DNA of 48,769 nt. Origin: a virus. Below the pieces are notes generated by a model. That model was not told the DNA's origin and did no database searches. It worked only from the letters and a program-made list of their open reading frames with translations. Positions 38,344-48,253 of the stretch are shown here, one piece after another. The stretch lies in UHGV virus genome UHGV-0110022; one strand, written 5' to 3'. Positions within the stretch are counted from its first letter, which is position 1, and each line of letters begins with the position of its first letter. The translations under genes and the position numbers were made by a program.

Positions 38344-38798
38344 TAGATTGGTTGCTTAATGTTGATAATCTGACCATGCTTGCCGCATGGGCTGGGTTTG
38401 CACTATCCATTTTCCAGCTATTAAAATCCAGAACAGATCTACGCCTTTTCTTAGGTTGCGATCAGTATGAAGACAGAATTTATGTTTCCAACAAAAGCGC
38501 CCATGATGTGACGATAAGTTCGGCGGGCATAGTAACCGCCAGCGGACGCCTTAGCGATTGTTCTAACGAACATTGTGATGAATACATGATCAGCCCCATG
38601 TTGCCACGCCGATTAAAAGCCCGTGATGAAATGATCTTAGAAGTACCATTCATCAATAAGGCTCACCATAATAAGGTGCATCATCGCGGAGGGGTGTATG
38701 TTACTACATCTGATGGGAAGCTGTTCAGTGATGTTAGTTGGCTGCGTCGTCGCTGGTGGTGGATATTGTCTCTGATCCTACGTGATTCCAAGCAGTGA
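38319..38798 (+). CDS. hypothetical protein, possibly membrane (start uncertain)
   Basis: ORF with hydrophobic N-terminal segment; no clear RBS. Confidence 0.3.
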   Translation: MLSRDGTLIDWLLNVDNLTMLAAWAGFALSIFQLLKSRTDLRLFLGCDQYEDRIYVSNKSAHDVTISSAGIVTASGRLSDCSNEHCDEYMISPMLPRRLKARDEMILEVPFINKAHHNKVHHRGGVYVTTSDGKLFSDVSWLRRRWWWILSLILRDSKQ

Positions 38799-38856
38799 TT
38801 ACTTATACACCGCACCAGACCACGCTGGTTATCTGCTTGTCTTCCTTCTTCAATCG

Positions 38857-39054
38857 TTACTCCTCTTCAAAGGTCATTGTGTAGCGGCATTGCTGCGACG
38901 GCCTGAGCGTCACTGTCTCCGTAAAGTTGGCGTTGGAATAAACGCAAATCTTCGCGTTGTCTGTCTCCTGTTCGTCACTGAGAATCAGGGTTATCTGTCC
39001 GGCATTCGCCAGGACTGGCATTACTGTCAGCGTCAGCACAAGCAAGCGTTTCAT
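38857..39054 (-). CDS. small secreted protein (65 aa with signal peptide)
   Basis: AGGAG RBS 7 nt before ATG; signal peptide MKRLLVLTLTVMPVLANA; directly downstream of the recombinase. Confidence 0.45.
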   Translation of the reverse strand: MKRLLVLTLTVMPVLANAGQITLILSDEQETDNAKICVYSNANFTETVTLRPSQQCRYTMTFEEE

Positions 39055-39064
39055 GCGTATCTCC

Positions 39065-39697
39065 TTATAAGTCCATCTCATTGATCACACGGCTAACGGC
39101 TTGCTTGTCTAAATCCAGATAGCGCCTGGTGTCAGTGATGTTGCTGTGATTAAGCACGGTCATAGCTAAAGCGATGTTGTTTGCTGAACGCTTGTAGATG
39201 GCATTCCCGCCAGCTTTGCGGAAGCTGTGAGCTGATACAGTGCCATGAATACCGATAGCTTTAGCGGCCTCTGCGATCTGCTTGCTCACTTCTTCGCGTC
39301 GTACAGGCGCTTGCTTGTTCATTGATCGGTTACGCTGGCTTCTGAACACATGCACATCATGCGGATACTCAGCACGGCGACGAGCAATCATCTGCACCAC
39401 TGGAGCAGGGAGAGTGAGGGCTTTACGCTTCCCTGTCTTCTGTTCTTCTATGTCAATCTCACCGTTGATCACTTCGTCGAAGCGTAACGCTACGGCATCC
39501 CCCACACGCAGTACAGCGGCTTGCATCATTAACGTAACGTCAGCTATCAGGCTCTTGTTATGAGCGTTTAGCCACTCCCTGATCGCTTTGGCTTGCTGTT
39601 CGTCTAACACTACTGCTCTGTTCAATTTACCCTCCCATAAAGACACACATCTAAACTCAACGAAACAAATAATATGATCAATTTCAGTAAGTTGCAA
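39065..39697 (-). CDS. small tyrosine recombinase (catalytic domain only, FimB/FimE-size)
   Basis: Catalytic residues in LRVGDAVALRFDEV (Arg), HSFRKAGG (His-x-x-Arg), TDTRRYL (Tyr); possible TTG start at 39625 after GGGAGGG RBS, giving 186 aa. Confidence 0.55.
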   Translation of the reverse strand: MQLTEIDHIICFVEFRCVSLWEGKLNRAVVLDEQQAKAIREWLNAHNKSLIADVTLMMQAAVLRVGDAVALRFDEVINGEIDIEEQKTGKRKALTLPAPVVQMIARRRAEYPHDVHVFRSQRNRSMNKQAPVRREEVSKQIAEAAKAIGIHGTVSAHSFRKAGGNAIYKRSANNIALAMTVLNHSNITDTRRYLDLDKQAVSRVINEMDL

Positions 39698-40384
39698 TAT
39701 AAATGATCAAAAATCGAACTGTCTTGTGTGTGGTAAATGGCGCGATTGCGTCCAGTGCTTAACGACCTCCAGGGCCGCCTCCAGATCGAAAATTTCTTCT
39801 CCTCTAAATATCTTGAACAAAATCATGATGTTGGCATTTATAAACATGTGTTTGAACATTGCCAAATCCTCAACTCTGCACGAAGAACAGCGGCAACAGC
39901 GGAACATCACACTACCAATGCTTGTGTGTGGTTATTGTCTATCTCATTGATTTAAATCTGATAAATGTAAGGTTGTTAGGCGAGGGCGGGGCTAACCTGC
40001 CTGTATGCACAGATTATGCGGAGTTTATGCACTTGAAACTGAGTGTGTAATGAAATGATTAGAATGCTAATCAATTGGTGGATTTTGGCATGAAAAAGAA
40101 ACATCGTTTCATTTTAGAAAACTCGTTCAGCACATTGCACCTGTCATGAAACTCCTCATTGTGGACAATGATCGCTGTGAGCCGCATGGCGCAAGGCTTT
40201 ACGCAAAGTGAGTGATGGTTACTATCTTGCTGACTATGGCAACTTTACCCATGTAACAACGGCAATCTTTACCTGTCATTTAAGATAGGCTTAGCTATGA
40301 TTATCGTGTTGTTTTGATAGGAATAACCTCTCGTTACTCTTAGTGTTGTTGCATGGATGAATCAGAGTTAGTTGGGGGCGTTAT

Positions 40385-40464
40385 ACATCAAAATGATGTA
40401 TAGATGCATGGGATACGCATCAAATTGATGTATGGATCGGCAAACTACACATCAAATTGATGTT
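40385..40464. repeat. three phased palindromic repeats (putative regulator binding sites)
   Basis: CATCAAA(A/T)TGATG at 40386, 40418, 40450 with exact 32-bp spacing. Confidence 0.5.
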
Positions 40465-41014
40465 CTATACAAAGAGATTCTAAAAGCGATCTCTAAAAGA
40501 GAGCTTTTAGAAGATCTTGTTAAAGATTCGCTTTGCTGGCGCGTATCGCCTGGCAAGTGACCTGATTCGCCTTTGGGGGCTACTCGGTCAGCCGCTCACG
40601 ACGCAGCGTAGCGCATCTGTCTGTGATTGTGCCAGGGCTTCGCCCTCGTGAAACGAGGCACAGAAGCTATGCGCCGTGTGCGCAATGTCTTTCAGGATAA
40701 CTTCTGCCTGTCTTCCATGCTCCGCATTCATCCATGCAAAGTTAGCCCACGGCTAAGGATTCACTGGTCGCTGATGGCTCCAGTTCATCCAGCCTCAATC
40801 CAATACCATCACCTACTATCCTGATAACTAACGTTATCCCTCAGTAGTTGTGCTATTGGTTTCGGGAGTAAGTGCCAGAGGGCGGCGGTAACGCAAACGG
40901 AACGCCCCAGACGCGCTGAGAGCGAATTTGAGAGGATAGGGAGGGGATTGCAACTCTCAGGCTTTCAAACCTGTTAGAAAGCGATAGACCGCGTTTTATG
41001 ATGACATGAATGAG

Positions 41015-41094
41015 TTGATCACAACGTGGAAATGCGCTATAATTTGAAAGGGATTGAAATAAGTGTTGACATTTAAATCATTTCATGTTAAAGT
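41015..41094 (+). promoter_or_regulatory. tandem sigma70-like promoters
   Basis: TTGATC-17 nt-TATAAT (41015-41043) and TTGACA-17 nt-TAAAGT (41066-41094). Confidence 0.45.
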
Positions 41095-41189
41095 AAATGA
41101 TGTAGGGTGATGAAAGCATTCATCCCGTCCTCATCTCAGGCATCCAGCCTAACGCAAACAATCCAACTTACACCGCACTATCAGGCAAC

Positions 41190-41438
41190 GTGATTAACGT
41201 TCTCCCTGGATGGTGTTTCTGTGTTTCTAACGCAAGGAGAACCAAAATTAAGTATTTTAATCCAGAACTTGTCTTCGAGGCTTTAAAGGCCGGAAGCCAG
41301 ACGCGAAATGCAATAAACAGCCAGCGAGCAGCCGCACAACGGCAAGGATATTTCGAACACGCTGAAAGATTGCGTAAAGGAATCGAACTTTACGATCAAT
41401 GGAAAGCTGAACAGGCTGAAACCACCACCAACGAATAA
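41190..41438 (+). CDS. hypothetical protein (start uncertain)
   Basis: ORF with internal AAGGAG at 41233 but no in-frame ATG after it. Confidence 0.3.
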   Translation: MINVLPGWCFCVSNARRTKIKYFNPELVFEALKAGSQTRNAINSQRAAAQRQGYFEHAERLRKGIELYDQWKAEQAETTTNE

Positions 41439-41456
41439 ACCAGAAGGAGAAACCAA

Positions 41457-41633
41457 ATGAGCGAAATCCAGAAGAAGAAACCAGCCGGAACATTCGTAAA
41501 ACTGCCGGATGAAGTGTTTAGTACTTTGTTCAAAGAGGCGCGAGCGAGAGGCGTAACAGTGCAGGAGATGTTAATTGACGCTGCAACCACACTTTCCACA
41601 TCAATTAAGAACGGAGAACGTTCTACCAAATAA
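41457..41633 (+). CDS. small DNA-binding-like protein (58 aa, possible ribbon-helix-helix), not in the ORF track
   Basis: AGAAGGAG RBS 7 nt before ATG; translation MSEIQKKKPAGTFVKLPDEVFSTLFKEARARGVTVQEMLIDAATTL... Confidence 0.4.
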   Translation: MSEIQKKKPAGTFVKLPDEVFSTLFKEARARGVTVQEMLIDAATTLSTSIKNGERSTK

Positions 41634-41647
41634 GGATACACCCTAAC

Positions 41648-42388
41648 ATGACTGACATTATAAACAGTAAGGCTTTTAGTTTCACCAACACCGAAGACGC
41701 ATTTAACGAATGCACCAGGATCACCAATCTTAAAACAGGCGTAACAGAGTCCCTGTCTCCTGCTGATAAGCAGTTTTACGTCAGAATGCGCCATCGTTAT
41801 TATCGCTTTGCGATAGAGTTGGGCGGTACTTATTACGATGACATTGATCAACTTGGTGCAAGTATTGGTGTCAGCTCGGCTACGGCAACACGTATTGTTG
41901 CAAAGTTGAAGAAAATCGGACTGATCGCCAGTAATAAGCCAAAGCGCTCTAACCAATGGACTATAACGCCACTCACGCCGCAAAACTTCACCTTTGAACG
42001 TGATCGTAATGCGATGGAACGTGATTCCGCGCCGGAATGGGTAGATTGTCTGAAACATCCCGTGTTTGGCAAAGCTAAAGAAGACGTAGCGCCAGAGGAA
42101 GAAAAACAGCAGTCAGTGCCAGAAGAGGCCAAAGCAGATCCGAAGCCGGAGAAGCCAAAGAAAATGCCTACGAAGAAACCCGCCTCCATTCCAGCTAAAG
42201 ATATTAAGATAGAGCCAGTTAATTTAAACTTTCTTGAGGGTTATCGGGATGAATGGGAGAATCCTGAAAAGAATCTACCAGTTTCACAACATCCGAAAAT
42301 CAGATGGCTACTTATTAACGGATACCTGGACACAGAGAAGAATCCAAAACTTAAACCAATCTACGAGGAAATAGAACATTTATGCTGA
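41648..42388 (+). CDS. HTH-containing protein (246 aa), possible replication/regulatory protein
   Basis: Winged-helix-like segment IGVSSATATRIVAKLKKIGLI; Lys/Pro/Glu-rich linker. Confidence 0.45.
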   Translation: MTDIINSKAFSFTNTEDAFNECTRITNLKTGVTESLSPADKQFYVRMRHRYYRFAIELGGTYYDDIDQLGASIGVSSATATRIVAKLKKIGLIASNKPKRSNQWTITPLTPQNFTFERDRNAMERDSAPEWVDCLKHPVFGKAKEDVAPEEEKQQSVPEEAKADPKPEKPKKMPTKKPASIPAKDIKIEPVNLNFLEGYRDEWENPEKNLPVSQHPKIRWLLINGYLDTEKNPKLKPIYEEIEHLC

Positions 42389-42843
42389 AAACGGTTATAC
42401 CCAAACAATACAACGAACGTGATCTTAACATCATCCATCTTGCCAGTTTATTAAATCCAGAAGTTGAAAGAGGTGTTGCATTCGAACAAGCGCAAGAACT
42501 TGTAGATGTTTACGCTGAGCGAGGTGAATCAAGTTACGCTAATGCTCTTGTTACGCTATTCAATGCAGCGATGAAGCCACCGAAAGAGATAGAATGTAAA
42601 ATGACATCCCCACATCTTCACGATAAGAATCTGTCTCCTTCGGAACGTCTGGTATTAATGCACCTCGAATCACTGCCATCATTAACAAATGTGAAACAGG
42701 AGTCAATAGCGATAGTGTTGGGGATAAGTGTGGCAACTGTATCCAGTGCGATTCGCAAGCTCCGCCGCAATGATTATCTAACTACTACGTTAATCAAACC
42801 TGGTCGCGGTAAAGGATGCGACATTACACTTACGACTAAATAA
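42382..42843 (+). CDS. winged-helix transcriptional regulator-like protein (153 aa)
   Basis: HTH-like segment IAIVLGISVATVSSAIRKLRRNDYL. Confidence 0.4.
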   Translation: MLKTVIPKQYNERDLNIIHLASLLNPEVERGVAFEQAQELVDVYAERGESSYANALVTLFNAAMKPPKEIECKMTSPHLHDKNLSPSERLVLMHLESLPSLTNVKQESIAIVLGISVATVSSAIRKLRRNDYLTTTLIKPGRGKGCDITLTTK

Positions 42844-42947
42844 CAACAATCGGGAAACTTTTATGATTACTGCTTTATGGTGGTTCACCATATTCTATGG
42901 CGTTTACGTTATAACCAGACAAGGAGTTTCCCCTCTACGAGGAATGA

Positions 42948-43331
42948 ATGGGACGAAAAGAACGAAGTAACCTTGTTAGAATCGAAAAAGCCACACGCAT
43001 CAGCAAACGTAAATACACCTCTTCTCTACAAGACCTCGCACGAGAGTCTATTCCTGGTGAGATGGTGACAACTATTAAAGAATATCCCGCAGTAGTACCA
43101 AATGGATTAGAGTTTGAACTATTGCAGGATGTTCTATCGTCAACGGATAACGTTTATTACAAACCACGACGCAGACGCGAATATATTATAGATAGTAGCC
43201 ATCTCAAGAAATGGCAAATAGCAGGATTTGAACATTACGCCGATTATATTGGGTATTGTCAAACCTGGGGGCTATCCCAGCACACACAAGAGTTTGATAT
43301 TCTCTTTGACGACAAGGAAAACAATGAATAA
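42948..43331 (+). CDS. hypothetical protein (start uncertain)
   Basis: ORF only. Confidence 0.25.
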   Translation: MGRKERSNLVRIEKATRISKRKYTSSLQDLARESIPGEMVTTIKEYPAVVPNGLEFELLQDVLSSTDNVYYKPRRRREYIIDSSHLKKWQIAGFEHYADYIGYCQTWGLSQHTQEFDILFDDKENNE

Positions 43332-43662
43332 TAAAACTATGGACACAGTGAACACCCTAATTAACTCTTTCCACGACAACTGGCATTTACCAACCTTACA
43401 GCTTGTTAATGCAGCGTGGCGTGAGAGAACGCCCTCCGCGCTTCTGGAAGCGGTGCAATACACTGAACAGGCAATCACTGCCCTTGAACATCTGCAAACG
43501 TCTGTAGCTCGTTTGGTGCAGCGTGACGGCAGTTCGATCACACCAGAAGAAGCGTGGCGTGTAGCTAATGACCTTGAGGAGCTTGCTTGCTCTCTGCAAT
43601 ACATCACCGTTGAACTCGGAGAGCTTTCCATCCAGATCGCGGAAGAATGCGCCATAACATAA
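43324..43662 (+). CDS. hypothetical protein (112 aa)
   Basis: AAGGAAA RBS before ATG 43324. Confidence 0.35.
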   Translation: MNNKTMDTVNTLINSFHDNWHLPTLQLVNAAWRERTPSALLEAVQYTEQAITALEHLQTSVARLVQRDGSSITPEEAWRVANDLEELACSLQYITVELGELSIQIAEECAIT

Positions 43663-43677
43663 AAGTTACTAAATGTC

Positions 43678-43706
43678 TTGACATTATGTGCTATATGTGT
43701 CATAAT
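43678..43706 (+). promoter_or_regulatory. near-consensus sigma70 promoter
   Basis: TTGACA(43678-43683)-17 nt-CATAAT(43701-43706). Confidence 0.55.
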
Positions 43707-44236
43707 GAGTTATAGGGTAAGTATTCGAATCACTTCACCCTCGTATGTCAATACGCACTCCTTGAGAATGCCGTTCCCATAGCGGCATTCTCTCCCTCTG
43801 AATGCTATTTCTGAAAGTGTTGGTTCTTTGTCTTGTTTGTTCCGAAGGAATGCGCGGGATGTAATATCTCGTTGTGTTGGTATTGCATCGCAATCACCGC
43901 GCATCTCCGACTTTTTCAGAAAGGGCATTCGCTCTTTGCTCATTCATTCCGTTAGGATGAATGTAGTCAGACTGAATAAACGCCGTCAGCGGTAGTTACG
44001 TTCAGGCTGGCAATCTCTTATTACTATTCCAGTGGTGATATTGAGATTCCATTCCCACTTCTCGCCATGACAGAAGGGCTTCTGTTTTGAAGTGGGAGCA
44101 ATGACGGGCGATCCTACTTCTGTTATTCGTAACAGTTGCGCCCTTCATTTTTTCAAGAAGCCATTCTTTAACATCATAATCCTCCGAAACGAAAATGATT
44201 TTAACAGAATGCTTTCTAACAAGGGCATATTCTCCA

Positions 44237-44258
44237 GGGGCTTAATCGCCCCTTTTTA
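44237..44258 (+). terminator. rho-independent terminator at the end of a structured leader
   Basis: GGGGC-ttaatc-GCCCC followed by TTTTT. Confidence 0.55.
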
Positions 44259-44328
44259 ACAATCTGCATGTAACACTTCCGTTATTAATGGAAGGATAAA
44301 CGCAGTTATAACGCGAAGGAACAACACA

Positions 44329-44544
44329 ATGTTCTTAATAAACAATCGCGACCGAATCCTAAAATACAAATCCGAAGTGATTCAAGTTAATCCTGAGTTA
44401 ATAGCTAAAGTGGCTGAAATGGCAGGATGTACCGTTGAAGAAATAGAAAAAGCTGTAGACCAGTATTTCCCTTCTGAGGACACACCTCAACTTAGTATGC
44501 AGGAACGGATCGCAATCAAATCCAAGGAAATCAAACAACAATGA
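44329..44544 (+). CDS. hypothetical protein (71 aa)
   Basis: AAGGAA RBS; first gene of the capsid-like cluster. Confidence 0.4.
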   Translation: MFLINNRDRILKYKSEVIQVNPELIAKVAEMAGCTVEEIEKAVDQYFPSEDTPQLSMQERIAIKSKEIKQQ

Positions 44545-44900
44545 TTGTAGACCTAACCGAACTTTTCCCAATTCGTAAGAGTTTCACTGACGTATTGAGC
44601 TACGCCACTGATTCTTTTGCAGTCGTAGAAGGCCGTGTTTTCGACCTGCCAGCAGATATTGAATGCGGCGATGTTATCGGCGCTGATGGCGCTCTATACA
44701 CCTCCGGCGATGATGCCTTTGTGGTGGTAAGTGATTTCGTGAGTGCTGGCGACGGTAAAACCGTGAATGTCCTACGTGCGCCTAATGTTGGTAGCTTCGT
44801 AGCACTGAAAGCCGACAACCTGCACGCAGCTAATCACGCCGCAGCTATCACCACGCTCGAATCCAAAGGGTTCGTATGCCGTCCATTCTTCACCTCTTAA
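44541..44900 (+). CDS. head decoration protein-like (D-like, putative)
   Basis: 119-aa Gly/Ala/Val-rich protein immediately upstream of an E-like capsid gene; ATGA overlap. Confidence 0.4.
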   Translation: MIVDLTELFPIRKSFTDVLSYATDSFAVVEGRVFDLPADIECGDVIGADGALYTSGDDAFVVVSDFVSAGDGKTVNVLRAPNVGSFVALKADNLHAANHAAAITTLESKGFVCRPFFTS

Positions 44901-44916
44901 TCAAGGAAGATAAATA

Positions 44917-45948
44917 ATGAGTAAAATCGCAATTGGGCGTGAGATGGTCGATTTAGCGCCAATCTTCCAGGCTCTGCCGGAACGTAACTATCTTATGAAT
45001 GCCCTCGACCTATTCGACGGGGTAGGTGTTCAGAATCCGAAAGTGGTGGTGACACAGCTTCTGGATGATAACTACAGCCTGTTTAACACCCCGCAGAGCC
45101 GTTATTCATCAAACCACGACACTACCGCGCGTCAGAATGGCAAAGAATACCTTATCGAGATTCCTTGGTTTGCAAGGGAAGATGAGTTTAAACCTGTAGA
45201 CGTACAAGGCCGCAGAGTGCAGGGAACGGACTACGAGCAAACCGTTACCGACCTGTACACCGAATACACTGGCAAACATAAGATTGCTTATCTGCGTACC
45301 CGTGAGTCTTACCTGGCCCGTGCTCTGTTCAAAGGTGAAGTTTATACGCCTGCAACTGATGACCTACTGATCTCTTATGCTGAACTGTTCGGTGTGGTGC
45401 CAATGACAGCCAGCGTGAGCACAGCGACAGCGGCACAGGATTTTGATGCGATCTTAGACAAAGTTCAGGCTGCCGCAGGTGGATTGGCTGGACAGATTGA
45501 ACGAGTGATCGTATTCGCTAAACCTGCTGCATTTAGCCAGATTCGCTTCTCTGACAGTATGTCTAAGGCGTTCCAGTATGTAGCGCCATATGACGACCGT
45601 AACCTATTCTACCAGCGTCACGAGCTTCTCCCTGGTGTTAGTACGTTTAGCCTACCTGGTGCGCCTATCGACATTGTTAAAGTGACAGATCCGCTGATCC
45701 TTGCACAGATGCCAGATGATGCTGACATGGTGGCGGTTCCGGTGTTCAGTAAAGGCACAAATGCTTATCAGAACATCTACGGCGCTGCCTCTGGTAACTT
45801 TGCGCTGATCGATGCTGCACCTGCTGAATACTACTCTTGGGGCTACCTGAGCGAGCGCGGCGATGCTTACCACGTTATGCACGAAAACAGCGCATTACCA
45901 GTGAACCATGCGTTAGGTATGCAGGTGAAGATCACCATCACTGCTTAA
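44917..45948 (+). CDS. major capsid protein, E-like family (putative)
   Basis: 343 aa, lambda gpE-like size and composition; follows decoration-like gene. Confidence 0.5.
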   Translation: MSKIAIGREMVDLAPIFQALPERNYLMNALDLFDGVGVQNPKVVVTQLLDDNYSLFNTPQSRYSSNHDTTARQNGKEYLIEIPWFAREDEFKPVDVQGRRVQGTDYEQTVTDLYTEYTGKHKIAYLRTRESYLARALFKGEVYTPATDDLLISYAELFGVVPMTASVSTATAAQDFDAILDKVQAAAGGLAGQIERVIVFAKPAAFSQIRFSDSMSKAFQYVAPYDDRNLFYQRHELLPGVSTFSLPGAPIDIVKVTDPLILAQMPDDADMVAVPVFSKGTNAYQNIYGAASGNFALIDAAPAEYYSWGYLSERGDAYHVMHENSALPVNHALGMQVKITITA

Positions 45949-46067
45949 TGAGCAAGCGGGAGCCTGACCCGCTGGAAATAATCAGGCTATTGAATATGGC
46001 GTGTGAACGTTGGGAACATCTCCCCAGTGTTCCCGCCCTTTTTTATTTCCAGAATGAGGAAAGATAA

Positions 46068-46265
46068 ATGCAAGTGATTGTAAAAAGCGCGGGGCTTCAC
46101 CTCGCCGTAAATGCTGAAACAGCAGAAGAGTTATTAAATCTGGCGGGAGTGTGTCGTGTGCTTGAAATAGATCACGGTCATCTACGTCAGTTATTACATC
46201 GTGGGCGTAGTGTATCAGATGCACTTAATTATCTGGTGAGTAAAAAAGGCGGTGGCGATGCTTGA
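46068..46265 (+). CDS. hypothetical protein (65 aa)
   Basis: GAGGAAA RBS. Confidence 0.35.
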   Translation: MQVIVKSAGLHLAVNAETAEELLNLAGVCRVLEIDHGHLRQLLHRGRSVSDALNYLVSKKGGGDA

Positions 46266-48102
46266 GATTAATACAAGTAAGATCGTCAACACCGTAACTT
46301 TCACCGTTGACAAAGGGAGTATTGCAGAGGCTAAGGCCGCAGCGGATAACCTTCAAAAGCACTTCCAGAAAATAGCCGATCCCAAGATTCGCTTCCAGGA
46401 TCTGAAGCAGCGCAGACAGAAAGCCCGTCAACAAGCCGATGATGCACGTTTTAATGATAAGCCTCGTGATACGAAGGAAATGAAAGCCCAACGTGCGGCG
46501 GAGAAGCAGAAAGCCAGGGATGAAAAGGCCAATCTGAAAGCGAAGCAGCAGCTACAGAAGCGCCAAGAGACAGCCGAGCTTAAACTTCGCCATGCAGGGC
46601 TACAAGTGTCAGGAATTAAAGGTAAATACGGGCTTGATCCTAAATCTCAGTATGAAGCGTTACGTTATATTCATCAGCAAAGCGAAGAGTTTGCGAAGGG
46701 GAATATTAGCTCTCAACGTATGAATGCGCTTATACGCGAGCGTGTAACCCTGTTACGCAGAGAAGCCGCACAACAAGCGAAAGTGACACAGGCACAGCGT
46801 ACCCAGTATGCCGCAGCAGCCACTAAGCTAAAGGCTCAGAAGGGCGGGAATGCTCCTATCGTCGGTGGTGGGGTATTAGGAAGCCTTGCGTTAACGGCTG
46901 GCTCCCTCGGAGTGGGGCAGCGAATTGTTGACAAAGGGAATGAAAATCTTGACTTGGTTAGAAAATCGGAACTTGTTAAGACTAATCCTAACGTAGTTAA
47001 AACGATGGTGGCATGGGGGCAGCAACACGGAGTTGATAGCGCCAATGTCGATAAAGTGACGGACAATTTCAAAGATGTACGTGAACGTATCGCTATGACC
47101 CTGAACGATAGCCAGTTTAAAAATGGCGAATGGAAAGGCGGCGATGGTGGTATCACTTCTATTATGAATAAGTTTGGATGGGGCAAAGAACAGATTAAAT
47201 CCTTCCAGGATCGTCCTGCTGATCTACTTCAAGCAGTTACCAATGAAGGGCAACGCCGTGGTATGTCACAGGCTCAGATTGGTACGCTTATAGAGAGTTT
47301 AGGTGATGACCTGATGCACTACACCGATATGTTCATGAACAACGGTGCAGAATATAACAAGACGCTGAAACAGCTTGTCGATAGTGGTCAAACTCTTAAC
47401 GAGGAGCAGATCAAGCAAACTCTTGCATATGGTGATCTGAGTGTAGCGATGGGTAATCTCATGAATGGCGTTGATAACAGCATGTTTACAGGCTTTATGA
47501 AAGGCTTTGCTGATGGTGGTGACGACCTGGTGAAGAACACCAAAGTGATAACAGAATCTGCTGGTATGCTCGGAGAGGGATTAGGCGACCTGGCTAAACA
47601 GGTGACGGGCTTTGTTGGAGAAATCTCCAGCGTAGTGTCTGATCTTAACAGTGCGCTTCGTCAGCGCTTCCCTGAATGGTTTAGCGATACTAAGAAACCT
47701 GCTGTTCAAAATCTTTATGATGGTGCTGTGGGTGGCTCTGCGAATGCTACGGCCGATTGGATTCAGGATAAAACGGGGTTTGATACCCGTTCAGTGGCTC
47801 CGGCTATCATGGATTGGTTGGGCGTTGGTAATCAGCAAGCAGGGACAGCGGCTAATCAATACAGCCTTTCAGGGGAAAATCTCCGTGCTTCGGCAATGTC
47901 GCTCAACAGCAGCAACGCGCCAGCGTACACGTTGAACCCGATATTCAACCTACAAGTGAATCCACAAGTGGGATTGACTCTGCAAAGTGATGTTTCTCGA
48001 TTGTCTGACTATATCGACTGGTCTGCAAAAGCGAGTGCGGATTCATTCACTCGTAGCCTTACGCTATCAGCCTTGAGCGGTCAGTCATCCACAGGGGGAT
48101 GA
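46258..48102 (+). CDS. large virion-associated protein, function unknown (tape-measure-like or scaffold-like composition)
   Basis: N-terminal Lys/Gln/Ala-rich coiled-coil region, Gly-rich central region; start ATG 46258 or GTG 46252. Confidence 0.4.
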   Translation: MLEINTSKIVNTVTFTVDKGSIAEAKAAADNLQKHFQKIADPKIRFQDLKQRRQKARQQADDARFNDKPRDTKEMKAQRAAEKQKARDEKANLKAKQQLQKRQETAELKLRHAGLQVSGIKGKYGLDPKSQYEALRYIHQQSEEFAKGNISSQRMNALIRERVTLLRREAAQQAKVTQAQRTQYAAAATKLKAQKGGNAPIVGGGVLGSLALTAGSLGVGQRIVDKGNENLDLVRKSELVKTNPNVVKTMVAWGQQHGVDSANVDKVTDNFKDVRERIAMTLNDSQFKNGEWKGGDGGITSIMNKFGWGKEQIKSFQDRPADLLQAVTNEGQRRGMSQAQIGTLIESLGDDLMHYTDMFMNNGAEYNKTLKQLVDSGQTLNEEQIKQTLAYGDLSVAMGNLMNGVDNSMFTGFMKGFADGGDDLVKNTKVITESAGMLGEGLGDLAKQVTGFVGEISSVVSDLNSALRQRFPEWFSDTKKPAVQNLYDGAVGGSANATADWIQDKTGFDTRSVAPAIMDWLGVGNQQAGTAANQYSLSGENLRASAMSLNSSNAPAYTLNPIFNLQVNPQVGLTLQSDVSRLSDYIDWSAKASADSFTRSLTLSALSGQSSTGG

Positions 48103-48253
48103 TTGTGATGTAAATCACATGGGAATACCACATATTGCGCTCGCTTTGTAAAGGATGTGTATATGTGGTGTTTTTCTTTGACGCCGCTTCGTTTGTCCCT
48201 TACCCTTAAAAGGGTAAGCAGTTCACTCTTTATCTCCAAGATGAGGTGTTTTT

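Noticed and set aside
39065-39697. Tyrosine recombinase as the integrase of the large prophage
   Set aside because: It lies outside the att fragment, is only catalytic-domain sized, and the prophage left end (where an integrase is expected next to the intact tRNA) is outside the window.
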